From an uncultured Chloroflexia bacterium (lineage in GTDB: Bacteria; Chloroflexota; Limnocylindria; Limnocylindrales; CSP1-4), in assembly GCA_963707215.1 (NCBI GenBank), contig CAVPPB010000003.1, forward strand, positions 192,001 through 256,000: DNA of 64,000 nt, in the 5' to 3' direction. The number at the start of each line of letters is the position of its first letter. The stretch's first letter is position 1. The notes below the pieces were generated by a model, which was not told where the DNA came from, made no database searches, and saw only the letters and a program-made list of their open reading frames with translations. A program made the translations under genes and the position numbers. Positions 41,288 to 51,689 of this stretch are shown here, in pieces.

Positions 41288-42649
41288 TCAGACGCTCGGC
41301 AGGGCCGCGAGCGCCTCATCGACCTTCTCGGCCGGGTACTCGTAGTCCTCGAGGCTCCCGTCCAGATACCGCTCATAGGCGGTCAGGTCGAAGTGGCCGT
41401 GGCCGCACAGGTTGAACAGGATGACCCGCTCCTCGCCGGCCTCGCGCGCCTCTATCGCCTCGTCGATGGCGACCTTGAGGGCGTGGGTCGGCTCGGGCGC
41501 CGGGAGGATCCCCTCGGTCCTGGCGAACAGGGTGCCCGCTTCGAAGCAGGCCCGCTGGTGGACGCTCACGGCGTCGATTGCCCCCTGCTCCTTGAGCAGG
41601 CTCACGAGCGACGACATCCCGTGGTACCGGAGGCCGCCGGCGTGGATCGGCTCGGGGATGAAGTCCGACCCAAGGGTGTGCATCTTGACGAGTGGCGTCA
41701 TCCGCGCCGTGTCGCCGAAATCGTAGGCGTAGATCCCCCGCGTCAGCGAGGGCGCGGCCTCGGGCTCGGCGGCGATGACCCGATAGCTCGCCCCGTCGCG
41801 GAACACCCGGCCCAGCCACGGGAAGGTCAGCCCGGCGAAGTTCGACCCGCCGCCGGCGCAGCCGATGATGACGTCCGGCTCCTCGCCGGCCATCGCCATC
41901 TGCTCGATCGATTCGAGGCCGATGACCGTCTGGTGGAGCAGGACGAAATCGAAGACCGACCCGAGCGAGTACTTGGTGCCCGGGTGGGTGACCGTGTCGG
42001 CGATCGCCTCGCTGATGGCCACCCCGAGCGACCCGGTGTGGTCCGGGTCGGACGCCAGGACCTGGCGCCCGTACTCGGTGTCCGGGCTGGGGCTGGCGAC
42101 GACCGAGGCCCCGTAGGTCTCCATGAGGACGCGCCGGTACGGCTTCTGGTCGTAGGAGGCGCGGACCATGTAGACCTTGACCTCGAGCCCGAAGACGGAG
42201 CCCGCGAACGCGAGGGCGCTCCCCCACTGCCCGGCACCGGTCTCGGTCGCCAGACGGGTGACGCCCTCTTCCTTGGCGTAGAAGGCCTGGGCCAGGGCGG
42301 TGTTCGGCTTGTGGCTGCCCGACGGGCTGCCTCCCTCGTACTTGTAGTAGATGTGCGCCGGGGTACCGAGGGCCTGCTCCAGGCGGCGCGCCCGGTACAG
42401 CGGGCTCGGTCGGTAGAGGCGATAGGCGTCCCGGACCGGCCCGGGGATCCCGATCTCCCGGTCCGTCGAGACGACCTGCTTGATGATCTCCATGGGGAAC
42501 AGTGGGGCCAGGTCCCCCGGCCCGATCGGCTGGCCCGTCCCCGGGTTGAGGACCGGCGGCGGCGGCGTCGGGAGATCGGCCGCGATGTTGTACCAGGCCC
42601 GTGGGATCCGGTCTTCGTCGAGCACGAACTTGGTTCGATCGTCAGCCAT
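41288..42649 (-). CDS. trpB2: TrpB2-type tryptophan synthase beta-like PLP enzyme
   Basis: IPRAWYNI, RPSPL.RA..LE, GSHKPNTA, TETGAGQWGSAL, YSLGSV, GGGSNF, IHAGGLRYHG, LCGHGHFD. Confidence 0.93.
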   Translation of the reverse strand: MADDRTKFVLDEDRIPRAWYNIAADLPTPPPPVLNPGTGQPIGPGDLAPLFPMEIIKQVVSTDREIGIPGPVRDAYRLYRPSPLYRARRLEQALGTPAHIYYKYEGGSPSGSHKPNTALAQAFYAKEEGVTRLATETGAGQWGSALAFAGSVFGLEVKVYMVRASYDQKPYRRVLMETYGASVVASPSPDTEYGRQVLASDPDHTGSLGVAISEAIADTVTHPGTKYSLGSVFDFVLLHQTVIGLESIEQMAMAGEEPDVIIGCAGGGSNFAGLTFPWLGRVFRDGASYRVIAAEPEAAPSLTRGIYAYDFGDTARMTPLVKMHTLGSDFIPEPIHAGGLRYHGMSSLVSLLKEQGAIDAVSVHQRACFEAGTLFARTEGILPAPEPTHALKVAIDEAIEAREAGEERVILFNLCGHGHFDLTAYERYLDGSLEDYEYPAEKVDEALAALPSV

Positions 42650-42773
42650 GGGTCCTCCGGGCCGTGCGTCGCGGGTTGGCAGGGGTGGACGCGACGTGGG
42701 CCGCCGGCCACTCGGGATGAACGGAGCCTACTGCCGGTCCCAAGGCCGGCGCAACCGTGAGGGGTCGGAGGGA

Positions 42774-43382
42774 TCAGGCCCCCAGCCGCACCTCGAGCAG
42801 CGGCTCGTAGCGAGCCGGTCCGCCGCCGGTGTGACTCTCGAAGAGGGTGACCCGGTCAGCAACGAAGGTCGTCGACCACTCCGCCGCGGACCGGGCCAGG
42901 GCCGCGGCGGTCGGCGGGCCGGAGCGCAGCCCATCGGTCCGGGCGAGCGTCAGGTGGGCGGCGAAGGGCCGGTCGTCGAGCGGATAGCCGAGCGGTTCCA
43001 GCTCACGCGAGATCGAGGCGGCAAGCTCGCGGAGCTGCTCGGCCCCATCCTCCACCCCGATCCAGAGGACCCTGGGTCGGGAGGGCGACGGGAAGGCCCC
43101 GCTGCCGGCAAGGCGGACCGGGAAGCGGACGACGCCGGCCGCGGCCACCGCCAGGGCGTCCTCGATCGCCGGCCGGCGATCCTCGGGGGTCGCGCCCAGG
43201 AAGCGCAGGGTCAGGTGGAGACCTTCGTGCCGGACCCAGCGGGCAGGGCGGTCGTGCCCGTCGGTCTCGACGGCGCCCCGGACCTCATCGACGAGCCGGG
43301 AGACCGCGGCGATCGAAGCCGCATCCACCGGTACGGCGATGAATAGCCGTCGCCCACCGACCGGTACTGCGGGCGTCGTCAC
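42774..43382 (-). CDS. thpR: RNA 2',3'-cyclic phosphodiesterase (2H family, LigT/ThpR)
   Basis: RLFIAV, two HxT motifs (HLTLRFLG, HLTLAR), PRVLW.G, LFES..YE. Confidence 0.9.
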   Translation of the reverse strand: MTTPAVPVGGRRLFIAVPVDAASIAAVSRLVDEVRGAVETDGHDRPARWVRHEGLHLTLRFLGATPEDRRPAIEDALAVAAAGVVRFPVRLAGSGAFPSPSRPRVLWIGVEDGAEQLRELAASISRELEPLGYPLDDRPFAAHLTLARTDGLRSGPPTAAALARSAAEWSTTFVADRVTLFESHTGGGPARYEPLLEVRLGA

Positions 43383-43384
43383 GT

Positions 43385-43429
43385 GGACGCCGTCACGGGG
43401 ACGCCGTCACGGGGACGCCGTCACGGGGA
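43385..43429. repeat. Three perfect tandem copies of a 14-bp unit (GGACGCCGTCACGG)
   Basis: Units at 43385-43398, 43399-43412 and 43413-43426, then GGA. A degenerate copy lies just before and contains the thpR GTG. Confidence 0.9.
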
Positions 43430-43952
43430 GCCCGGCGCGGCCGCCTGCTCGCGCTCCCAGACCAGGCGGTCGTGGCGAAGCACCTCCAGGGCGTCCTCGC
43501 GGCTCCGCCAGCCGACCACGTCGGTCGCCTTCTCCTCGAGCAGCTTGTAGGTCTCGAAGAAGTGCTCGATCTCGACGAGCCGATGGGGCCGCATCTGGTC
43601 GAGGCGCTCGATGTGGGCCTGGTGTGCAGTCGCCGAAGGCCACGCAGAGCGTCTTGAAGTCGAAGCCCTTCTCGTCGCGCATCTCGAGGCCGCCGATCGG
43701 TCGGGCCCAGACGTGACAGCCGGTGAAGGTCGGCTCGTCGATCACCAGGAGCGCGTCAGTGTGATCGCCGTCGTCGGCCCGGGTCCCCTCGATGAAGCCG
43801 TAGTCGAAGTTGTAGAAGACGGCCGACGAGAGGACGCGGTCGAGCCGGAACACGCCGGGCCGCTCGTCGAACTCGTACTTGTTGCGGCTGCCGCGCGAGA
43901 TCTCGACGACGATCTCGACGACGTCGGGGAAGCGGGCGTCCTGGCTGCTCAT
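43421..43952 (-). CDS. ppa: Inorganic pyrophosphatase, family I (+1 frameshift at about 43625)
   Basis: [33 protein letters not shown]; the next frame gives [14 protein letters not shown]...GW, ending at TGA 43421-43423. Confidence 0.9.
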
Positions 43953-44048
43953 GGCCGAACGATACGCGCAGCGCGCCAACCGCCGGCCGGCGCTCGTCGC
44001 GCAAGCCGGCGGGCACGGATCGGCGCGGCGTCGCGGGCCGGCCGGGCG

Positions 44049-45125
44049 TCAGTCGTTGTAGAGCCGCTCCTCGATGAGCTTCTCCTGGACCGTCCGACCG
44101 TTCGGGTCGAAGCAGGCGAACTCGAAGTGCTTCTCGAACTCGAGGTCCACGTTGTCCTGGCCGCCGCGGTTCTTCTCGACCGAGACGACCACCCAGTCGC
44201 GGAAGCGCTGGGCCTGGTAGGGGTTGAACTCGATGTTGACCTTGGCGACGATGTGGTACTTCTCGTTGAGGATCAGGATGATGTCGGCCTCGTAGTTGAT
44301 GGCCGAGCTGCCGCGCAGGTGGAAGTTGCGCAGCCGCGACGCCTTGAGGCCCTCCTTGTCGGCGGCCACGATGGCGATCATCGGGACCGACTCGGCGAGG
44401 GCGATGTCCTTGAGGCCCTGGACGACGTAGGTCACCTTCTCGACCTCCGTCACCGGCTCCGGGATCATCGGCACCTTCTGGAGGTAGTCGACGATGACCA
44501 GCAAGCGCCGATCGCCCGAGAGCGCCCGGTGCTTGCGGACCAGCTGGCGGATGTTGTCGACGGTGCTCGCCGTGGCCGAGCCGCGCATCAGGAAGAGGTT
44601 CTGGCCGTAGCGGGCGATCCGGTCAAGCGAGGGCCGCAGCCGCGGGTTGGTCGCCAGCTGCGGCCCGCCGGCACCCTCGGCCATCCACGTCCCCAGGATC
44701 TCCTTGCGGACGTCCTGGACCTTGATGGCGCCGGTCTTGTGGGGAAGATGGGCCAGCGCCGATTCCGCAGCGATGAGCCGGTTGAGGAGGTAGTGCTCCT
44801 CGTGCTCGAAGCAGATGTAGAGGACGTTCGCCTGACCGCCGGACGCCACGTTGCGGGCCATCTGGAGGGCCATGGTCGTCTTGCCCGTGCCCTGGGCGCC
44901 GCCGATGAGGAGCAGCTCGCCGGGCCGCAGGCCGGTGCCGATGGTCTTGTCCATCGGCGTGAAGCCGAGCGGGACCGGCTGGTACTCGCCGACCTCGCCG
45001 GCGGTGACCCGGTCGTTCAGATCGACCAGCACGTCGAGCGCGGACCTCGGGACCATGCTGCCGTTGTCGGTGTCGAGACGCCACGAGTCCGCGGGCGCCG
45101 TGTTCGTCTGGAGCTCGGTGCTCAC
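44049..45125 (-). CDS. Stand-alone DnaB-like (SF4/RecA-fold) ATPase without the DnaB N-terminal domain
   Basis: GF..MD..IG.GL.PGEL, Walker A GAQGTGKT, FEHE, VIVDYLQ, LRGSSAINYEAD, EKNRGG; SD GGAGG precedes the GTG. Confidence 0.8.
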   Translation of the reverse strand: MSTELQTNTAPADSWRLDTDNGSMVPRSALDVLVDLNDRVTAGEVGEYQPVPLGFTPMDKTIGTGLRPGELLLIGGAQGTGKTTMALQMARNVASGGQANVLYICFEHEEHYLLNRLIAAESALAHLPHKTGAIKVQDVRKEILGTWMAEGAGGPQLATNPRLRPSLDRIARYGQNLFLMRGSATASTVDNIRQLVRKHRALSGDRRLLVIVDYLQKVPMIPEPVTEVEKVTYVVQGLKDIALAESVPMIAIVAADKEGLKASRLRNFHLRGSSAINYEADIILILNEKYHIVAKVNIEFNPYQAQRFRDWVVVSVEKNRGGQDNVDLEFEKHFEFACFDPNGRTVQEKLIEERLYND

Positions 45126-45246
45126 GCTGGTCTCAACCTCCCCGGTGGTAACGACGGACGCAAGGGTAGCACCGCCGTCCGCCGCATCCTCCCACCGACC
45201 GGTGCCGCCACACCCCCGCCCGAATGTACCGGGAGGTACCGGTCGG

Positions 45247-46641
45247 TCAGCGGGCCGCTCCCAGCTCGTCCCAGTAGCGGGCCATCGCCCGGATCCCGAG
45301 CTCGAAGTTGCGGAGGTCCATCCACTCGTTGGGGGCGTGGAAGTTGCCGTCCGGGGGAACGAAGCCCATCAGGACGACCGGCAGCCCCAGGACCTGTTCG
45401 AAGGTCGCCACGAAGGGGATCGATCCGCCCTCCCGGATGAAGACGGGGGCCTGCCCGAAGACCGCCTCCAGAGCCTTCGCAGCGGCCCCGACCGCGGGAC
45501 TGTCGATGGCCGTCCGGCTGGGCATGCCCCCGCCCAGGTAGCGGACCTCGACGCTGACCCCGGGTGGGGCGACGTCCAGGACGTAGTCCCGGAAGCGGGC
45601 GAAGATCCGCTCCGGGTCCTGATCGGCGACGAGTCGGCAGCTCACCTTCGCGTGGGCCCGTCCCGGGATGATCGTCTTGGAGCCCTCGCCCTGGTAGCCG
45701 CCCCAGATCCCGTTCACGTCGAGGGTGGGGCGACCGCTCTTGCGCTCGAGGACGCTGAACCCGGCCTCGCCGCTCAGCGCGGGCACACCCAGGCTCGCCC
45801 GGTAGGCCTCCTCGTCGAACGGCAGGGCCGCGTAGGCGGCCCGATCGGCATCGCTCAGGGGAACGACCTCGTCGTAGAAGCCGGGGACGCGGACGCGCCC
45901 ATCGGGGCCCTTGAGGCTGGCGATGATCCCGGCAAGCGCATTGGCCGGGTTCTCGACCGCCCCGCCGTAGCTGCCCGAGTGGACGTCCTGGAAGGGGCCC
46001 TGGACGTCGATCTGGGCGTACATCAGGCCCCGGAGACCGACGGTCAGAGCAGGGATGTTGCCCTCGAAGAAGCCGACGTCGCTGACGATCGCAAGGTCAC
46101 CAGCGAGCCGCCACTTGTTGGCCGCCAGCCACGGCTCGAGGTGCTCCGAGGCTGACTCCTCCTCGCCCTCGAAGACCAGCCGGAGGTTGATCGGAAGCCG
46201 CCCCCGGGTCGCCAGGAGCCCCTCCACCGCCTGGAGCAGGATGGCGACGTTGCCCTTGTCGTCGCTGGCGCCGCGTCCGAGGACCCGCCCTCCGACCACG
46301 ATGGGCTCGAACGGCGGGGCGGTCCACTCGACGATCGGGTCGACAGGCTGGACGTCGTAGTGGCCGTACGCCACGACGGTCGGAGCGCCATCGGCATGGA
46401 GCCAGTCGGCATATACGATCGGGTGGCCGCCGGTCTCCGCGACCTCGACGTTCTCCATGCCGAGCGCCCGCAGTCGCTCGCCGAGCCACTCCGCAGCTCG
46501 CCGGCAGTCCGGGGCGTGGGCTGGATCGGTCGATACGCTCGGGATCCTGATCAGATCCAGGTACGAGCCGAGGCGAGCATCGTAGGTCGCCTGCAGGTAG
46601 GCCTCGAGGGCCGGATCGAGGGCGGGTTCGAGGGCGGTCAT
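45247..46641 (-). CDS. M20/M25/M40 family dipeptidase
   Basis: YGHYDVQP, GRGASDDKG, EGEEE, DVHSG, GGSIP, FHAPNE. Confidence 0.9.
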   Translation of the reverse strand: MTALEPALDPALEAYLQATYDARLGSYLDLIRIPSVSTDPAHAPDCRRAAEWLGERLRALGMENVEVAETGGHPIVYADWLHADGAPTVVAYGHYDVQPVDPIVEWTAPPFEPIVVGGRVLGRGASDDKGNVAILLQAVEGLLATRGRLPINLRLVFEGEEESASEHLEPWLAANKWRLAGDLAIVSDVGFFEGNIPALTVGLRGLMYAQIDVQGPFQDVHSGSYGGAVENPANALAGIIASLKGPDGRVRVPGFYDEVVPLSDADRAAYAALPFDEEAYRASLGVPALSGEAGFSVLERKSGRPTLDVNGIWGGYQGEGSKTIIPGRAHAKVSCRLVADQDPERIFARFRDYVLDVAPPGVSVEVRYLGGGMPSRTAIDSPAVGAAAKALEAVFGQAPVFIREGGSIPFVATFEQVLGLPVVLMGFVPPDGNFHAPNEWMDLRNFELGIRAMARYWDELGAAR

Positions 46642-46684
46642 CGGGCTCCCTTCATGGGCTGGGTCCCCACCATCCTAGCCGCGG

Positions 46685-46720
46685 CAACGAAGACGGACGG
46701 GCCACCCGGGCCCGCCCGTC
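46685..46720 (-). terminator. Probable intrinsic terminator after ftsH
   Basis: Minus strand reads GACGGGCGGGCC-CGGGT-GGCCCGTCCGTC followed by TTCGTT. Confidence 0.55.
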
Positions 46721-46745
46721 GGAGCGGCTGGTCGCGGTCAGCCGG

Positions 46746-48680
<1,935 letters not shown>

Positions 48681-48815
48681 CAGGGAGAGCCTCCGGTCGG
48701 ACGACGAGTACCGTCGCCGTCTGACGAGTATAGCGCCGGGCCCACGGGAGGCCGTCCGGGCCGCCCGATGACCATCGTCACCATCGGTACGAACGAGCGG
48801 GATCGGTGGATGGCG

Positions 48816-48885
48816 ACCCGTCCCGCCGTCGGCGACCGGCGGGACGGGTGACGACCGACCCGGTCGGTGCAGCGGGTCGGTCGTC
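48816..48885. repeat. Two adjacent 13-bp inverted repeats downstream of tRNA-Met
   Basis: 48816-48828 pairs with 48837-48849, and 48850-48862 pairs with 48873-48885. Confidence 0.75.
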
Positions 48886-48900
48886 GGGGGGATGCGAGGG

Positions 48901-48975
48901 TGGTAGCGGAGGGCGGATTCGAACCACCGACCAAGGGCTTATGAGTCCCCTGCTCTACCACTGAGCTACTCCGCC
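48901..48975 (-). tRNA. tRNA with CAT anticodon, most likely elongator tRNA-Met (Ile2 not excluded)
   Basis: GGCGGAGTAGCTCAGTGGTAGAGCAGGGGACTCATAAGCCCTTGGTCGGTGGTTCGAATCCGCCCTCCGCTACCA; cloverleaf with encoded CCA. It starts with G1 rather than the initiator C1 mismatch. A TAGAAT -10 lies upstream. Confidence 0.93.
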
Positions 48976-49059
48976 AGGGCCGCCGACATTCTACCTCAGG
49001 GCCGGCGTCGAGCCGCTGGTGGGCCTCGTCGCGGTCCCGCAGGGCCGCCCCGCTCCGCG

Positions 49060-50436
49060 CTACGACGCCAGGGTCATCGCCCGGTCCGGCCGGAGCAGGA
49101 ACGGCACGAGGTAGCCGGGTATGTTCGAGAACGGCAGGACATCCGGGTGGAGCTCGATCCCGAGCTGGTCGCGCATGAACCGTCGCCGGGCCTCGATCCG
49201 GGCCCAGGTGTCGGGGAACCGGGTCGCGATGTCATCTCGGAGCGCTCGGTCCGCCAGCGCGATCCCGTCCTCGAGATTGGTGGTGAAGTACTCACCGCCG
49301 GTGGCCGGGATGATGTCGACCTGGAGGGCCATGCCGGACCGCAGCTCGATCGTCGATCCGGCGAAGAAGGGCGAGTTGACCCACTCGTCGAGGTGGATCT
49401 GGTGGCCGGGGTTCAGGAAGATGCCGAAGAAGGGATCGCCGAGACGGCGGGCGATGATCTCGTGGAGGACGCCACCGACCTGGCCGACGCGCAACGCGGC
49501 GTACCACTCGGCGACCGCCTCGAAGTACGGACCGACCAGACGCTCCACGTAGTCGCGGGTCGACATCGGCAGTTCCTGGGCACCGTCGGCGACGAAGCCG
49601 GCCCGGCAGTTCAGGGCGCCCCAGATCCCGAAGGCGACGGTGAACCGGTCACCGCGATCGATCGTCCGGTCGCCGGGGCTGAGGAGACCGAGCGACGCTC
49701 GTGGGCCACTCGAGAGCATCAAGTGGCACGAGAGCGGCGTCCCGTCCCAGTCGAGCAGGCGGACCGCCTCGCGCTCGGTCATCCCTGGCCGCAGCCCGAA
49801 CAGCACCTGCCGGACCCCCTGCGAGGTCCGACACGCAGCGCGCTCGAAGGCCGCCAACTGCTCGGCCTCGTTGATGACCCGCATGCCCTCGGCCGGGTCG
49901 ATCAACAGGTCCGTCGCGTTCTCGACCGTCCCGGTCGCCCCGGCCAGCCGCCGCAGCTCGTCGACCAGGAACGCAGGAGCCTCGAGGATCGTGCGGTCGG
50001 CCAGGGTCTTCCAGCCGACGACGCCGATCGTGGAGCCAGGCCCGATGCCAGCGTCACCGAGGAGCGTGGCGAGGGGTCGCGACCGATCGCGTGGCTGGCT
50101 CGGCAGGCTCAGGTCCTGGAACAGCTCCGCGTTCAGAGACAGCGGCGCCGCACGCGCCATCCCAAGGCATTCGTTGCCCACCAGGATCGTCGGCCGGCCC
50201 GTCGGGCCGACCACCAGGATCGCCTCCTCGAAGCGCGGATCGAAACCGGTCAGGAAGGCCAGGTTGGCGCTGTGCTCCCGGTCCGCGTACACGACCAGTC
50301 GGTCATAGCCTCGGGCGTCGGCTCGTTCGCGAATCGCCTCGAGGCGATCCTCGTAGAGTGCCGGCGGCAATCCCGGGTCTGCGTCCGGGCCGCCGAAGTC
50401 AGGCAGCTCCAGGGATGTCAACCGTGCGTTCGGCAT
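49060..50436 (-). CDS. Xaa-Pro aminopeptidase/creatinase-like (M24-fold) protein
   Basis: Creatinase-N-like LVVYADREH.ANL.FLTGFDPRFEE; C-domain PGMTE, NPGHQIHLDEW, LRSGM.LQVD, NLEDG. Confidence 0.65.
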   Translation of the reverse strand: MPNARLTSLELPDFGGPDADPGLPPALYEDRLEAIRERADARGYDRLVVYADREHSANLAFLTGFDPRFEEAILVVGPTGRPTILVGNECLGMARAAPLSLNAELFQDLSLPSQPRDRSRPLATLLGDAGIGPGSTIGVVGWKTLADRTILEAPAFLVDELRRLAGATGTVENATDLLIDPAEGMRVINEAEQLAAFERAACRTSQGVRQVLFGLRPGMTEREAVRLLDWDGTPLSCHLMLSSGPRASLGLLSPGDRTIDRGDRFTVAFGIWGALNCRAGFVADGAQELPMSTRDYVERLVGPYFEAVAEWYAALRVGQVGGVLHEIIARRLGDPFFGIFLNPGHQIHLDEWVNSPFFAGSTIELRSGMALQVDIIPATGGEYFTTNLEDGIALADRALRDDIATRFPDTWARIEARRRFMRDQLGIELHPDVLPFSNIPGYLVPFLLRPDRAMTLAS

Positions 50437-50750
50437 CGCCTCAATCCCGTTCCTGCCTCGACCGACTCGTCCCAAGCGGGACCGATCCGAGCTCCATCGA
50501 CGCCTCCGTCGCGCTGGGTCCCGTACGGCATTGAAGCACACCGTCCAGGCCAGCGACCGACGCGAACGGTCGTGCAGCCATGGCTCGGCGGTGTCACCCT
50601 AGCCCGTGCGATCGCAGCGGCCGACCGAGTGGCGGAGGGCGCGATGAAGGAACGACCGGGCGTGACGACGGGAGGCTCGGACGGCTCCGCGGTCGAGCGC
50701 ATCCGTGAGCGCCAGGGTCCGGCCGCGCGCTCCCGTGACACCGATCGGCC

Positions 50751-51629
50751 ATGAGCCTCAGCCTCGTCTCCGGCGATGTCGCCGTCGGGATCGAACCGGC
50801 TGCCGGCGGCCGCCTCTGCTCGCTGCGGGTCTACGGGCGCGAGCGCTTGCTCACCGAGCCCGATGCATCCGCTGAGCTGCCACCGATCTCGTGGGGCTCG
50901 TTCGCGATGGTCCCGTGGGTCGGACGGATGTATCGGGGTCATCTCGCGTGGGGCGGCACGGTGAAGCAGCTGCCCCTCGGCCTGGGTGGGCACGCGATCC
51001 ACGGCACCGGCTTCGACCGGCCATGGGACATCGGCTCGGCGGGGCTCACGGCGGTCACGCTCGAGCTGGACCTGGCGGCCGATGGCCGATGGCCGTTCGG
51101 CGGGCAGGTGCGCCAGGCGATCTCCCTCGAGCCCGGAGCGCTCGAGCTCCGGCTGTCGGTGAGGGCCGACTCCGAGATGCCGATCGCCGTCGGCTGGCAC
51201 CCGTGGTTCCGACGGGACCCCGGTGAGCCGATCTCCGTCATCGTCCCGGCAGGATCGGTGCTCGCGACCGATGACGACCTGATCCCCTCGGGCGAAGTGG
51301 TCCCGGTCGACGAACGGACCGATCTCCGCCGCGCGAACGACGTGGGTGATCGGCGACTCGACGATGCGTATGTCGGTGTGGACGGACCGTGCCACGTCGT
51401 CTGGTCGGATCTCGACCTGCGCATCGAGGCGGAGCCCCTGCGATCCGTTCTCGTACATACGACCCCGACCGCCGTCTGCGTCGAGCCGCAGACCGCCTGG
51501 CCGGACGCCATCCGGCTCGCCGCTGCGGGCTTCGCCAGCGGGGTCACGGTCCTCGCACCAGGGGCGGTCCTCGAAGCCTCGACCCGCTGGTCGTGGCGGA
51601 GACGACCAGAGGGGGACGAGTCCGCCTGA
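50751..51629 (+). CDS. Aldose 1-epimerase family protein
   Basis: GG.L.SL, MVPWVGRM, HAIHG, WPF, GWHPWF, LDDAY, VCVEPQT. Confidence 0.85.
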   Translation: MSLSLVSGDVAVGIEPAAGGRLCSLRVYGRERLLTEPDASAELPPISWGSFAMVPWVGRMYRGHLAWGGTVKQLPLGLGGHAIHGTGFDRPWDIGSAGLTAVTLELDLAADGRWPFGGQVRQAISLEPGALELRLSVRADSEMPIAVGWHPWFRRDPGEPISVIVPAGSVLATDDDLIPSGEVVPVDERTDLRRANDVGDRRLDDAYVGVDGPCHVVWSDLDLRIEAEPLRSVLVHTTPTAVCVEPQTAWPDAIRLAAAGFASGVTVLAPGAVLEASTRWSWRRRPEGDESA

Positions 51630-51689
51630 TCGAGCCTCCGGGCTCACGGCCCTGGCGACTCGCGCCGGCATCGTCAGCCGTCCGGACGC

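Noticed and set aside
43385-43429. Possible CRISPR array
   Set aside because: The 14-bp units are directly adjacent with no spacers, and no cas genes are present.
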